A DNA stretch of 64,000 bases from an uncultured Anaerolineales bacterium (GCA_964539105.1 CAZIFI010000007.1:2883-66882), one strand, 5' to 3'. Counted from the stretch's first letter, positions 46,318 to 56,573 are shown. A program made the numbers and translations. The notes: generated from the letters alone by a model not told the origin.

Positions 46318-47325
46318 CTACTCTCGGGTGATCCGGGCCCGAACGACAAAACGGTCGTCTCCTCCGAAGTGGTACTTATAATTTTCATCACCGCGCATGA
46401 AATCAAATGAGGCACGTCCTGCTGAGATTGCCCATTGAATGAGATATCCCAGCAGTACCCAGCCAGGGGAAATGTTTTCAAACATGGGATTCAACCCTGA
46501 ATTGTAGACCCAGATCCGATTATTAAAATCAAAATTCAGATATCCGGCGGCTTTCTTGCCTCCCACTGTCAAGAAAGAAAGCTGCGCCCACCCTTCTTGA
46601 AAGGCGCGGCGAACGGTTTTTTTCAGGTGAGATTCCATGACATCTGTCAGGAATTCTGCTTTTTCTGGATGATGGGCCATCAGTTCCAGAAAAGCGTCCA
46701 GTTCCCCTTCAAGATGGGAGGGGTCGTCCACAAAGTACCAGTCAACGGGCAAAAAATATCCTTCAGCCCGCCTGATCTTACGCTCGATCTCATGCCGATA
46801 TTTGCTATCCAGACCCTCTAAGTAGGCGTTCCAACTCTCCGGGAGCCTGAGGCACGGAGCAGGTTGCAGCACGTCCTTCTGAAACTCCCAACCTTTGTTG
46901 TGGGCGCAGGTTTGGAGGAGGGAAAGGGAGGGGGAATCCTGGACCAGGTTGTAAAGCTCCAGTGTTTCCCAGGCCGCGGATTGTTCATCCAGAAATTCAA
47001 ACACTGTGTGCAGGAAGGGCTCCAGCCGGTCAGCCGGGGCAATAAAATCCAGATAATCTGCGATTTCATGGGTACCGATGAACAATAACTTGTTTCGATG
47101 GAGGAACAGAGGGGCGATTCCCTGGGGTTGACCTGACGGGTGCTCGACAAACAAGACAAATAAGTCTCCCTGGTCCCATTCTCCCCCACCCAGGGTCTGC
47201 CACCAGCTTGAAACGAACTCATGGCGTAAAAATGGCACACGACTTGCACTGTTTTCTAGCAAGCGATTCCAATCTTCTTCCAACGCCTGGAGTTGATCGA
47301 GATTGTTGATGAGGGTCACATTCAT
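46318..47325 (-). CDS. CelD/BioF2-like GNAT acetyltransferase
   Basis: Length and pattern (LEEDWNRLL...PFLRHEF...WW; C-terminal FDFMRGDE.YK) match the cellulose-biosynthesis CelD-like acetyltransferase family. Start taken at MNVTLI. Confidence 0.65.
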   Translation of the reverse strand: MNVTLINNLDQLQALEEDWNRLLENSASRVPFLRHEFVSSWWQTLGGGEWDQGDLFVLFVEHPSGQPQGIAPLFLHRNKLLFIGTHEIADYLDFIAPADRLEPFLHTVFEFLDEQSAAWETLELYNLVQDSPSLSLLQTCAHNKGWEFQKDVLQPAPCLRLPESWNAYLEGLDSKYRHEIERKIRRAEGYFLPVDWYFVDDPSHLEGELDAFLELMAHHPEKAEFLTDVMESHLKKTVRRAFQEGWAQLSFLTVGGKKAAGYLNFDFNNRIWVYNSGLNPMFENISPGWVLLGYLIQWAISAGRASFDFMRGDENYKYHFGGDDRFVVRARITRE

Positions 47326-47417
47326 AGTTATGTCCGATGTTTGACGGAGTAATCCGGACTTCATTTTACCAGTATAATAATAATCACAAGTTTATTTATA
47401 TAAAGAGTTAACGCATT

Positions 47418-49700
47418 ATGGCAAAGTCGCTTGATTTGAGGATATTACCGATCTCTCAGGAGGATGGGCAGCAAACAGAGATGCCCGGATTGCAGGTTTC
47501 CAGCCCCCCGCGAGGGGCAGCCCGCAGGCGGTCTGAGGAGCAGCTCATCCTGCACCTGAGTATAGCGGGGAATGCTCCCCTTACGCCCACCAACTGCAAG
47601 CAGGTTCTCAATAAACTATCACAGGTCTTTTACGAGGCGGAGGGATCCACAACGTCCGCATTGAGGGAAGTGGCGGAGGTCCTCAACCAGTACCTGCACG
47701 ATCGCAATCTGAGAGGATCTTCGAGGGGCATACGGGGTGTCGGCCTCCTGACCCAGGTGGTGCTGCGTTCAAATAAGGTCATATTGGCTCAGAGCGGCGG
47801 ATCACATGTGTTCTTTATCAGCCCGGAGGATGTCAAAGAACTACATGATACCGATCTGGCTGGACCGGGTTTAGGGGCGGGGCGGGTACCTAAAGTCCGT
47901 TATTACCAGGAGGTGTTATCGCCCGATGATATCATGCTTGTTGCCCCCCAAATTCCGGCTCCCTGGTCAGACACCACCATAAAAAATCTGTCCCGCATGT
48001 CCCTGAAAAGTGTTTACCACCGCTTGACTTTTCGGGTGGAAGATGATCTCAATGCCATTCTTTTCTTCCCTGAGAAAGGCCCGGGAAATGTCAAGGTCTT
48101 GAAGCCCGTCTTCGGTGAGAAGGAATTACCCAGGCAGCCAGAGCCGGATCCGGAGAGGAAAATCAAAGATGACAGTCCCCCTTGGGATCCATCCATCTCT
48201 GAGCCTGATCAACCACCTCCTGCCGGGGAAGAACCCATTGCAGAAAAGGTGCCTGAGCAAACCCCGCTTGACGATCAACCGGCCCAGATGGCGAAAGTAG
48301 AGCAGGTGGAAAGCGCTGAAGATCCTTCTCCGGTCCATGAGGAGCAGCAGCCATCAACCAGGTGGCTGAAACAGATTCTGGATGCACCGGTGTGGTCATT
48401 TTTAGGGACCATGTCCCGTTCTGTGGGAAGCGGATTGCAAGCTTTGTGGAATAATTTTATGACCTTGCTGGGCAGAATGCTCCCGGATGAACGATATCTT
48501 GATTTCCCGGGGTGGGTATTGGGAGTGATCGCCGTATTTGTCCCTCTATTGATCGTAGCATTCGGAAGTGTGATGTATATCCAGCGCGGGAGGAATACGC
48601 TGTATGAAAGTTCATATGGGGAAGCGCAGCAGTTATTCGAGACGGCACAGGACCTTGAAGACACCGAGGAGGAATATCAAACTTTATCCCGGGCTTACGA
48701 AAAACTTGAGCAGGCCCGCGGGTACCGGGAAACGGAAGAGGTAGTCTCCCTATACAGGCAGGTACGCTCTGAGCTTGATGAATGGGATCGCATCACGCGC
48801 CTGGATTATGAACCCCTCTTCAGTCATGGCCTGGGTGCGGATGTAAAAATTTCGGAAATTGTGGTCACAACCTGGAATGATCTTTACATGTTGAACGAAA
48901 GGGATGGGACAGTAATCTGGGCTCAATCCAATGCTGACGGATATGAAATCAAAGATGATTTTCATTGTGGACCCATCACAGGGCATAAAACGGTAGGACC
49001 CCTGGTGGATATTGTGCCCCTGTCAGCCAAGCAGGAAGATGAGGCAACCATCCTGGGGATTGATCAAACGCACACCATGATTTTCTGTTATCCGAACGCG
49101 GATGAACCCCCGGTTATGTTTGAAGACACATCTTATACGCTGGAGCGGGGGCCGGTCGAGGCCATGACCATTTCCGCAAATTCACCTGAGAATCTGTTTA
49201 TTCTCGACCCGGAAAAACGGGCTATCTGGATCGAATTTCAAAGTCAGAATTATCATGAAGGATCCGAATATTTTGGAGCGACGGATTCACCAACCATGGA
49301 TGACGCTGTTGACCTGGCAACCAACGGGAGCGAATTGTATATTCTGCATGCGGATGGCTATGTCACCCGCTGCGTGACAGAAAGCCCGACGGCTGATCCG
49401 CAGTGCACCACTCCTTTTGAGTTTTCGGATCCGCGGGCTGGCCGTGTTTCGGGTCCGTTCATGACCGGTGCCCAGTTCACATCGCTAAAGTTCAAAGGGT
49501 CCCCCGGTATGGCGATCTACATGTTGGATCCGACCCACCAATCTCTGTATCGCTTCAGCACCCAGCTGGAGTACCAACGACAATTCCGGTCGGCAGATGA
49601 TGAAATCAGCGGTGATGTGACAGCGTTCACGGTGACCATGAGTGACAGGATCTACCTGGCTGCTGGGAATCAGGTCTACACCGCTCAACTCATCCCCTGA
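47418..49700 (+). CDS. Large single-pass membrane protein: degenerate PP2C-like N-domain, Pro/Glu-rich linker, TM helix, helical region, repeat (propeller-like) C-domain
   Basis: See findings. TM helix FPGWVLGVIAVFVPLLIVAFGSVMYI. The C-terminus shows a recurring (D/N/E)L(Y/F)(M/I)L...W/Y blade-like pattern, 5 or more times. Confidence 0.7.
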   Translation: MAKSLDLRILPISQEDGQQTEMPGLQVSSPPRGAARRRSEEQLILHLSIAGNAPLTPTNCKQVLNKLSQVFYEAEGSTTSALREVAEVLNQYLHDRNLRGSSRGIRGVGLLTQVVLRSNKVILAQSGGSHVFFISPEDVKELHDTDLAGPGLGAGRVPKVRYYQEVLSPDDIMLVAPQIPAPWSDTTIKNLSRMSLKSVYHRLTFRVEDDLNAILFFPEKGPGNVKVLKPVFGEKELPRQPEPDPERKIKDDSPPWDPSISEPDQPPPAGEEPIAEKVPEQTPLDDQPAQMAKVEQVESAEDPSPVHEEQQPSTRWLKQILDAPVWSFLGTMSRSVGSGLQALWNNFMTLLGRMLPDERYLDFPGWVLGVIAVFVPLLIVAFGSVMYIQRGRNTLYESSYGEAQQLFETAQDLEDTEEEYQTLSRAYEKLEQARGYRETEEVVSLYRQVRSELDEWDRITRLDYEPLFSHGLGADVKISEIVVTTWNDLYMLNERDGTVIWAQSNADGYEIKDDFHCGPITGHKTVGPLVDIVPLSAKQEDEATILGIDQTHTMIFCYPNADEPPVMFEDTSYTLERGPVEAMTISANSPENLFILDPEKRAIWIEFQSQNYHEGSEYFGATDSPTMDDAVDLATNGSELYILHADGYVTRCVTESPTADPQCTTPFEFSDPRAGRVSGPFMTGAQFTSLKFKGSPGMAIYMLDPTHQSLYRFSTQLEYQRQFRSADDEISGDVTAFTVTMSDRIYLAAGNQVYTAQLIP

Positions 49701-49715
49701 GTTTACGACATCTAA

Positions 49716-49753
49716 GAAAAAAAGGGCTGCCCGCTTCCGGGCAGCCCTTTTTA
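49716..49753. terminator. Bidirectional rho-independent terminator
   Basis: AAAAAAAGGGCTGCCCG-cttc-CGGGCAGCCCTTTTT between convergent genes. Confidence 0.8.
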
Positions 49754-49772
49754 GTTTGCCGGGGAGGAAAAA

Positions 49773-50603
49773 TCAGGTCAAGAACAGGTCTTCGCCTGCG
49801 CCTTGAATGGCAATAATCGTGATGTTGTCGTGACCTCCTCGCTGATTAGCAAGATCCACAAGCTTGTGGAGAGCCTGGTCCTTATCGGGCGTCTTTTCCA
49901 TCACTGCCCGTATTTCCTGGTCTAGGACGAGTGAAGTCAACCCATCACTGCACAGCAGAATCAAGTCTCCCGGAATGAGCGGCAACCCCTGGTTGGCTTC
50001 AGCCTGTTCAGGGGATTCGGAATCTGTGAGGAACATGCGCAAATCGGGTTGAATGGGATCCGAAGAGCCCAGATAACTCCGGATCAGATTTCGACGGGGA
50101 TGCTTTTGGGCTTCCTGCTGGCTGATGACACCGTTCTCGATCGCTTCCTGGACCCAGGTGTGATCGACAGTCAACTGCCGGATGCGTCCATCCCGGATGA
50201 GATAAATCCTGGAATCTCCCATGGATGCGATATACAGGTGGCCGTCAATCACCAGGGCGCAGGCGATGGTAGACCCCATTCCTTTCTTTGTTTCATCGTA
50301 TTCGGCTACGGAGGTTATGGCATGGTTGGCTTCCAACATGGCGCTTTTCAGGGTCCAAAGGGGTTGTGTCAGGTCTCCTTCTTGGATGACTGACAGGATG
50401 GCTTTTACGGCCATGTCCGAGGCAATCTCGCCAGCCTTTTGTCCTCCCACACCATCTGCGACGATCGCAACCAGGACCTGGGAATCTGTATCCTCAGAAT
50501 CAAAGGAGGATATTTCATAGCGGTCTTCGTTGATCTTACCGCTCTGTCCTGGATCTGTGATCCCGTAGACGTCGAGATAATCTTCTCGTGAATTCAAATT
50601 CAA
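49773..50603 (-). CDS. PP2C-family Ser/Thr protein phosphatase
   Basis: TDPGQSGKINEDRY, VADGVGG, MGSTI, GDSRIYL, LCSDGL and GGHDNIT motifs. TTG start overlapping the upstream stop (TTGA). A second TTG two codons downstream is equally possible. Confidence 0.9.
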   Translation of the reverse strand: MNLNSREDYLDVYGITDPGQSGKINEDRYEISSFDSEDTDSQVLVAIVADGVGGQKAGEIASDMAVKAILSVIQEGDLTQPLWTLKSAMLEANHAITSVAEYDETKKGMGSTIACALVIDGHLYIASMGDSRIYLIRDGRIRQLTVDHTWVQEAIENGVISQQEAQKHPRRNLIRSYLGSSDPIQPDLRMFLTDSESPEQAEANQGLPLIPGDLILLCSDGLTSLVLDQEIRAVMEKTPDKDQALHKLVDLANQRGGHDNITIIAIQGAGEDLFLT

Positions 50604-52489
50604 TTCTCCTCTGTGACGACGACTTCTTTGCGGGCGTCCGGGTGGGCGCTGATAAACACATATCCTAATCTGCCAAAATGAATGATATCACCGTGCTGGA
50701 TGGGAACTTCAACTTCCCGTGGGAGTTGCTGAAAGTTGACCCATGTTCCTGCCGCCGAACCTTGATCTGAAAGGAGGCATTCATGCGCTGAGTTTGCAGA
50801 AATCACTGCATGCTGCGGAGCGACAGTGCTGTGGTCCAGCAAGATGGTTACCTGCTCCGGATTACTGCCCACATGGATCGTGTTCATCGAAACCTGAAAG
50901 GGTCGGGGATGATGGCGTTTCGCTTCTTCATTATACGGTTCAAGGGTGCCGGCTGGATCGTTTCCCGTTGTAGCGTTCTCGGCCTGTGTCTTGCGAGTGG
51001 TGCGCTTTCCGGTCCTGATCAACCGAAAAGGATTATTCAATTTATTGCGGTTGTGATTGATCTCCTTAGCGGTAGATGCTGCCGGCAGGATGGAAGCGGG
51101 TTGGATGACACCCCTTGTGACCAGAATGAATAGTACCAGAGCTGAGATCAGGATGCCAGCCAAACTAAGGAACCCCAATGTGTTTTGTTGAAAAATATTA
51201 CCGATAGTGGGCTCAGGTTTATCAACGGAGATTTCTACCGGAGTTTGCAGGCTGGTCTGACTCAATCCTAATTGATCTTCAGCCTGAATGCTTAGATACA
51301 CCGTTTGATCACTGCCATACTGCCGTAAATCCCATTTGAATTGGTCATAGGGAGGGGAGGTATTGATCACAGCGGGTTCACCGTTTACAAGCAGAACCGT
51401 CTTCTGCATGGATCGGGGATGACCGTCCGGGAACTCAATAATGGCTTCGACGACAAGCTCCTCCGGTTGATACTCCGTAACTGAGGTTGTTTCCTCTTCC
51501 GGCCGGGGGTTTTCGCGTTTAACAGTGCGGGGTGGGGGAACCAGGATCGGATTGGGCGGGGTGATGTCAATTTTCAGGTCCCTGGCAGCCGTGATTGTCC
51601 CCTGTGGGGTTTCGACAGATACTTGCAGCTGGTGGGGACCGGAGGATTTGATATTAGAGGAATATTGGATGCGGTATGTGCCGCGCAGGCGCTGCAGCAG
51701 GTGTTTGATATCAGGTAGATTTTCCGGACCCGAAAATGTGATTGCGCTGCCCCCTGTTTCTTGAGCCATAGTGGTCAATGCTTCCGCACCGGAAGAGGTA
51801 AAAAATTCTGGGGCGGAGATCAACCAGGTGAATATCCGGACATCCGCACCGCTGGCCCGGGAGGTAATATTCTGGAGGACAGCGATGTCCTGGTCTGTCG
51901 GCGGGGGCGTCAGGAAAAGCACAACCGGTTTCATCCCGTGCTCTTGAGTGGTGTCCAGGGCAATATCAACTGCCCGCGTCAGCACATTTAGGTTCGTGGT
52001 CGTCTCTTTCCCCCGGGGTTGATAGTTTTCGATCGCTTCCAGAATGGTGTCTTTTTCCGTATGCGTGCTTTCTAAACCGTCATTGGAGATGACGCTGAGA
52101 TCATCCGAGCCGGGCTGTGCACTATCCGCAAGCCACCCTTTGATGTGCTGGGAGAGATATCCCCAGCGGGACTGGCCGCTTATGTCCTGAATGGCAAACG
52201 GAGGCCCCATGTTGATGGCAAGCACAAATTGCACACCCGGGCTTCTTTCCTCTACAGCCTTCAGGGGCCGCTGCTCTCCGTTTTCAGAAATGGAGATGTC
52301 TTTCCGGGATAAACCCGTGATAAAGGTGTCATCCTGGTCATATACATCAAGGTGGGTTGTGATCAAGGGAAATTGGTCATAATCAGGCTGGGCCAGGTAT
52401 GCTTGCCCACCTGATTGTGCTGCAATAGGGATGACCCAGGAAAGGATCAATGTTAGGATGATAATGCCCCGAAAACCTGAACGTTTCAT
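50600..52489 (-). CDS. Single-pass membrane protein: extracytoplasmic vWA-like domain plus cytoplasmic C-terminal FHA domain
   Basis: Signal/TM at the N-terminus and a mid-protein TM helix (LGFLSLAGILISALVLFILV). C-terminal FHA pattern: IHVGSNPEQVTILLDHSTVAPQHA...SAAGTWVN...HGDIIHFG. Confidence 0.8.
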   Translation of the reverse strand: MKRSGFRGIIILTLILSWVIPIAAQSGGQAYLAQPDYDQFPLITTHLDVYDQDDTFITGLSRKDISISENGEQRPLKAVEERSPGVQFVLAINMGPPFAIQDISGQSRWGYLSQHIKGWLADSAQPGSDDLSVISNDGLESTHTEKDTILEAIENYQPRGKETTTNLNVLTRAVDIALDTTQEHGMKPVVLFLTPPPTDQDIAVLQNITSRASGADVRIFTWLISAPEFFTSSGAEALTTMAQETGGSAITFSGPENLPDIKHLLQRLRGTYRIQYSSNIKSSGPHQLQVSVETPQGTITAARDLKIDITPPNPILVPPPRTVKRENPRPEEETTSVTEYQPEELVVEAIIEFPDGHPRSMQKTVLLVNGEPAVINTSPPYDQFKWDLRQYGSDQTVYLSIQAEDQLGLSQTSLQTPVEISVDKPEPTIGNIFQQNTLGFLSLAGILISALVLFILVTRGVIQPASILPAASTAKEINHNRNKLNNPFRLIRTGKRTTRKTQAENATTGNDPAGTLEPYNEEAKRHHPRPFQVSMNTIHVGSNPEQVTILLDHSTVAPQHAVISANSAHECLLSDQGSAAGTWVNFQQLPREVEVPIQHGDIIHFGRLGYVFISAHPDARKEVVVTEEN

Positions 52490-52691
52490 AGTTGTGATTT
52501 ACAAGTTTGTTTGTTCTTGGCATTGTACCGCACGTGTTTCTCTGTCTAACTTACTAATTTATTAAGTAGTCTGGGTTGGATTCGCGGATCTTAGATAATT
52601 CTTGTTTTTTTGATGTATATGATAAAATTTGTGGGAACCGGAACAACGAGCGAGACCTCAATTCAGGTACGTTAGAACATCAGAAACCATT

Positions 52692-53363
52692 ATGTATGAG
52701 TTCATTTTAGCATCAATATCTCCCCGCCGACAGAAACTGTTTGGTCTTGTTCAGACCCCGTTTCTTGTCAAACCTGCCGATGTGGATGAAACGCAAAAGG
52801 CCGGGGAGAGTCCGGAGGAATATGTCCTGCGATTGGCACAAACAAAGGCCCGGGATGTGGGACAGGATATAGCGGAGGTTCCCTCCCGGGAGATGCTCAT
52901 CATCGCTGCGGACACCACTGTTGCACATCAGGGTGAGATCCTGGGAAAGCCTGCTAACCCCGATGAAGCCCGGGACATGCTGCTGCAGTTACAGGATCAA
53001 CAACATCATGTCTATTCCGGGCTGGTCGTCTATCATCCCGCCGAGGATCGCATGCTGTCTGAGGTAGTTGAAACACAAGTGACTCTGCGGGCATTTGATG
53101 AGGAAGAGTTGGAGGCATATATAGATAGCGGGGATCCCTTTGACAAAGCAGGAGCGTATGCCATTCAAAATGATGAGTTTCAACCTGTCCGCTCCTATGA
53201 GGGCTGTTATGCCAATGTCATGGGTCTACCCCTCTGCCAGTTAGAAAAAATGCTGCAATCCATTGGTGTTTCTCTCAGCGGAAATGTGCCGGTTCAATGC
53301 CAGGAACAATACAATTTTAGTTGTCCTATTCCAGAAAAGCTGCTTCACCGGGAGCAGTTCTAA
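52692..53363 (+). CDS. maf: Maf-like nucleoside triphosphate pyrophosphatase / septum formation protein
   Basis: ILASISPRRQKL, IIAADTVV-like IIAADTTV, DKAGAYAIQ. Start taken at MYEFILAS. Confidence 0.88.
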   Translation: MYEFILASISPRRQKLFGLVQTPFLVKPADVDETQKAGESPEEYVLRLAQTKARDVGQDIAEVPSREMLIIAADTTVAHQGEILGKPANPDEARDMLLQLQDQQHHVYSGLVVYHPAEDRMLSEVVETQVTLRAFDEEELEAYIDSGDPFDKAGAYAIQNDEFQPVRSYEGCYANVMGLPLCQLEKMLQSIGVSLSGNVPVQCQEQYNFSCPIPEKLLHREQF

Positions 53364-53382
53364 TCATCAGGTTTGAGATCCT

Positions 53383-55629
53383 ATGAAAAAGCGTCTTTTC
53401 ATTTTGTTGTCACTCCTCTTATTGGTGGGCTGCAGAAGTTCTACGACAGAAACCCCGCTGTCTACCACAATTACACCCACCCCTCTGGCGTCGCCAGAGG
53501 TGAAAACGACTCAGACCCCATCCGTGGAAGGCACCGCTCAAGCTTTCTTGGACGCCTGGCAGGAAGAGGATTATCAGGCCATGTACGCATTGTTGGCTCC
53601 GGAGAGTAAAACGGAGATCAGCGAGAGTGAGTTCCGTGACCTTTACCATGAAGTTGCGGTCGAATTGGCTTTGGAAGATATCGAGTATGAAATACTGTCC
53701 ACATACACGGATCCCCGGACAGCCCAGGTTGCATTTAATGTGCAGTACAACAGCCGTTTGATCGACGGCCTGGAGCGGGAAATCATCATGGATCTATCCC
53801 TGGTCGAAGGGCTGTGGAAAGTCAAGTGGGCAAAAACCATTATCTTCCCTGAGCTTCAGGGGGATAACAAGTTGACCATGTATCGCAGTGTACCAGCAAG
53901 GGGTAATATTTATGACCGGGGTGGGAGCGTGCTGGTAGCCCCGGCAGAGGCGATATCCCTGGGCCTTACGCCTTCCCAGATCAGGCCCAAAGAAGAAGAA
54001 GATCTGTTGAATGAGCTGGAAAGAGCAATAGGCCGCCCAGCGGAGAGCATTAAAGCGGAATATGCCGACCTTTCTAAAGAGTGGAAGGGATATATTCCGT
54101 TAGGCTCGGTGGCGCTGGATAAGGTCCAATCCCGTTTGGGTGCTTTACAGGGTTTTACCTCTGGAGGCTTGTTGATGCGGAGCTTTCAAGGGCGGTTCTA
54201 TTTCGAACAGGGGGCTTCTCCCCAGGCGATCGGGTATGTGCGCTGGATCCAGAAAGAAGAATTAGATCAGTATAAGCGGCAGGGCTACTCAGTGGATGAG
54301 AAGGTGGGTGCCCAGGGTATCGAAAAGTGGGGGGAGCCCTATTTGAGCGGAACACGGGGAGGGACCTTATATATTGAGGATGCGGAAGGAAACATAGTTA
54401 CCCAGCTCGCAATGTCCGAAGCGCAGGCTGCGGATGAGATCTATACCACCTTCCAGAAGGAGTTCCAAACTGAGGTTCAGGACGCGTTATACGGCTTCAA
54501 TGGAGCGATCGTCGTCCTGGAGATGGATACGGGACGGGTTCTGGCCATGGCGTCCAACCCGAGTTTTGACCCCAATGCGTTCAACTCCGATAACTTCAAT
54601 TCCAGCTACCAGCTGCAGGACTATTACAATCCAACTCAAAAGTCACCCTTCCTGAACCGGGCCACGCAGGGCTTGTATCCCCTGGGATCCGTGTTCAAAA
54701 TCATAACCATGGCTGCTGGTCTGGAAAGCGGAGATTATACAGCCTCAACCAGGTATGACTGCGGTTATCATTTCGATGAACTGGATGGGGTGCGGTTGAA
54801 CGATTGGACCTGGGAACATTATCAAGAAGATAAAGCCTTAAATCGGGACAGTCTGACCCAGCCCAGCGGAGAATTAGACCTGATCGGGGGATTGTACCGG
54901 TCCTGTAACCCTTACTTCTGGCATATTGGTCTGGATTTGTTCAATCAGGGAAAAACACGAGCCATTGCAGATATGGCGAAGGACTTCGGCCTGGGATCCC
55001 CCACGGGAATTGAGTTTGTGGAAGAAGAGGCCGGGAACATCCCCGTCCCGGAGACGGAAATCGATGCCACCAATCTGGCCATCGGCCAGGGGAAAACCCA
55101 GGTCACCCCGCTTCAGGTGGCCCAGTTTATCGCTGCCCTGGGGAATGGGGGAACGCTGTATCGCCCCCAGATCGTGGAGAGCATCCGGTCTTCCGGGGGA
55201 GATGAAGTGCGGGGGTTTGAACCCGAAGTAGTTGGTCAGTTACCGATCAGCGAGGAGACGTTATCCACGCTCCGGAGAGGCATGCGGCAGGTCGTAGACA
55301 AGGGTCCACCAAAAGCAGGTACGGCCTATTATCGCTTCCGCGGCTTAACGGATCAGATCCCGGTCCTGGGCAAAACAGGGACGTCTGAATCGGGGTCCGG
55401 CGAGTCTCACGCCTGGTTTGCGGGCTATACTGACGTGCAGAATGAAAACAAACCGGATATCGCCGTGGTCGTCATCGCCGAAAATTCAGGAGAAGGCTCC
55501 GAGGTCGCCGCGCCCATTTTCCGGCGGGTAGTTGAACATTATTTCAACCAATATCCCAGATTGTATCCCTGGGAATCTGATTACGGGGTATGGGCCACAC
55601 CGGAACCTGAGGACAACGGTGATGAGTAA
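53383..55629 (+). CDS. Class B penicillin-binding protein (PBP2-type transpeptidase) with an N-terminal NTF2-like lipoprotein domain
   Basis: Lipobox LLLVGC. Transpeptidase motifs GSVFK (SxxK), SCN (SxN) and KTGTS (KTG). Confidence 0.88.
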   Translation: MKKRLFILLSLLLLVGCRSSTTETPLSTTITPTPLASPEVKTTQTPSVEGTAQAFLDAWQEEDYQAMYALLAPESKTEISESEFRDLYHEVAVELALEDIEYEILSTYTDPRTAQVAFNVQYNSRLIDGLEREIIMDLSLVEGLWKVKWAKTIIFPELQGDNKLTMYRSVPARGNIYDRGGSVLVAPAEAISLGLTPSQIRPKEEEDLLNELERAIGRPAESIKAEYADLSKEWKGYIPLGSVALDKVQSRLGALQGFTSGGLLMRSFQGRFYFEQGASPQAIGYVRWIQKEELDQYKRQGYSVDEKVGAQGIEKWGEPYLSGTRGGTLYIEDAEGNIVTQLAMSEAQAADEIYTTFQKEFQTEVQDALYGFNGAIVVLEMDTGRVLAMASNPSFDPNAFNSDNFNSSYQLQDYYNPTQKSPFLNRATQGLYPLGSVFKIITMAAGLESGDYTASTRYDCGYHFDELDGVRLNDWTWEHYQEDKALNRDSLTQPSGELDLIGGLYRSCNPYFWHIGLDLFNQGKTRAIADMAKDFGLGSPTGIEFVEEEAGNIPVPETEIDATNLAIGQGKTQVTPLQVAQFIAALGNGGTLYRPQIVESIRSSGGDEVRGFEPEVVGQLPISEETLSTLRRGMRQVVDKGPPKAGTAYYRFRGLTDQIPVLGKTGTSESGSGESHAWFAGYTDVQNENKPDIAVVVIAENSGEGSEVAAPIFRRVVEHYFNQYPRLYPWESDYGVWATPEPEDNGDE

Positions 55630-55643
55630 GGAGAAAAAAACAC

Positions 55644-56573
55644 ATGACGGATGAAACCTGCCGCGGTCGAGTTATTAAAGCACAGTCGGGGTTCTTTTCC
55701 GTGTCGTGCAGCGGGACAATGTACCGCTGCAGGATCCGGGGACGTTTAAAGCAAGGCCGGAAGATGGGGGATATTGTCGCTGTGGGAGATTGGGTCCAGA
55801 TATCCATTATCAATGATGACGAAGGGATGATTGAGGAGGTGGAAGAGCGGCGCAATATGATCTACCGTATGGACCCCCGCCCTCAGGGAGAATACCAGCA
55901 GGTCATTATCGCCAATGTCGACCAGGCTGTATTTGTCTTTTCCTGTGCTGAGCCGGAACCCAAACTGCGGATGCTGGACCGTTTTCTGGTCATCGCGGAA
56001 CAGGAAATGATCCCGGTTCTGATCCTGGCAAACAAAGTCGATTTGACCGGTCGTGAAAAGGCCCAGGAGTACTTTCTGCGTTATGAGAAAATCGGTTATC
56101 CCGTTCTGTACACATCCGCAGAAGAGGGAGAAGAGATTAGTGAACTGCACGACCGCCTGGTGGGAAAGCTGTCTGTCCTGGCAGGCCCTTCCGGAGCCGG
56201 GAAGACCAGTCTTTTAAATGCCATTCAACCCGGGCTGGGGCTGGCAGTCCGCGAGGTGAGTACAGCGACCCAGAAAGGGAAGCATACCACGGTGGTCAGA
56301 AAACTTGTGCCGTTAGATGATGGAGGGTATGTGGCTGATACCCCTGGATTGAAAGCGCTGGATTTATGGGATGTTGAACCAGAAGAGGTGGATGGGTATT
56401 TTCCGGATTTGAAAGCCCAGGTACCTCACTGCCGATTCAGTGATTGTACCCATCTACATGAGCCAGGATGTGCGGTGCAGGAAGCGATTAAAGAGGGGGA
56501 TATACACATCGAACGGTATCAGTCCTATCTCCGTATGCGTAAGGTGGAAGAAGACAAAATTCCATGGCTGTAA
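55644..56573 (+). CDS. rsgA: Ribosome small-subunit-dependent GTPase A
   Basis: Circularly permuted GTPase motifs NKVDL, GPSGAGKTSL and DTPG, plus a C-terminal zinc cluster CRFSDCTHLHEPGC. Confidence 0.92.
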   Translation: MTDETCRGRVIKAQSGFFSVSCSGTMYRCRIRGRLKQGRKMGDIVAVGDWVQISIINDDEGMIEEVEERRNMIYRMDPRPQGEYQQVIIANVDQAVFVFSCAEPEPKLRMLDRFLVIAEQEMIPVLILANKVDLTGREKAQEYFLRYEKIGYPVLYTSAEEGEEISELHDRLVGKLSVLAGPSGAGKTSLLNAIQPGLGLAVREVSTATQKGKHTTVVRKLVPLDDGGYVADTPGLKALDLWDVEPEEVDGYFPDLKAQVPHCRFSDCTHLHEPGCAVQEAIKEGDIHIERYQSYLRMRKVEEDKIPWL

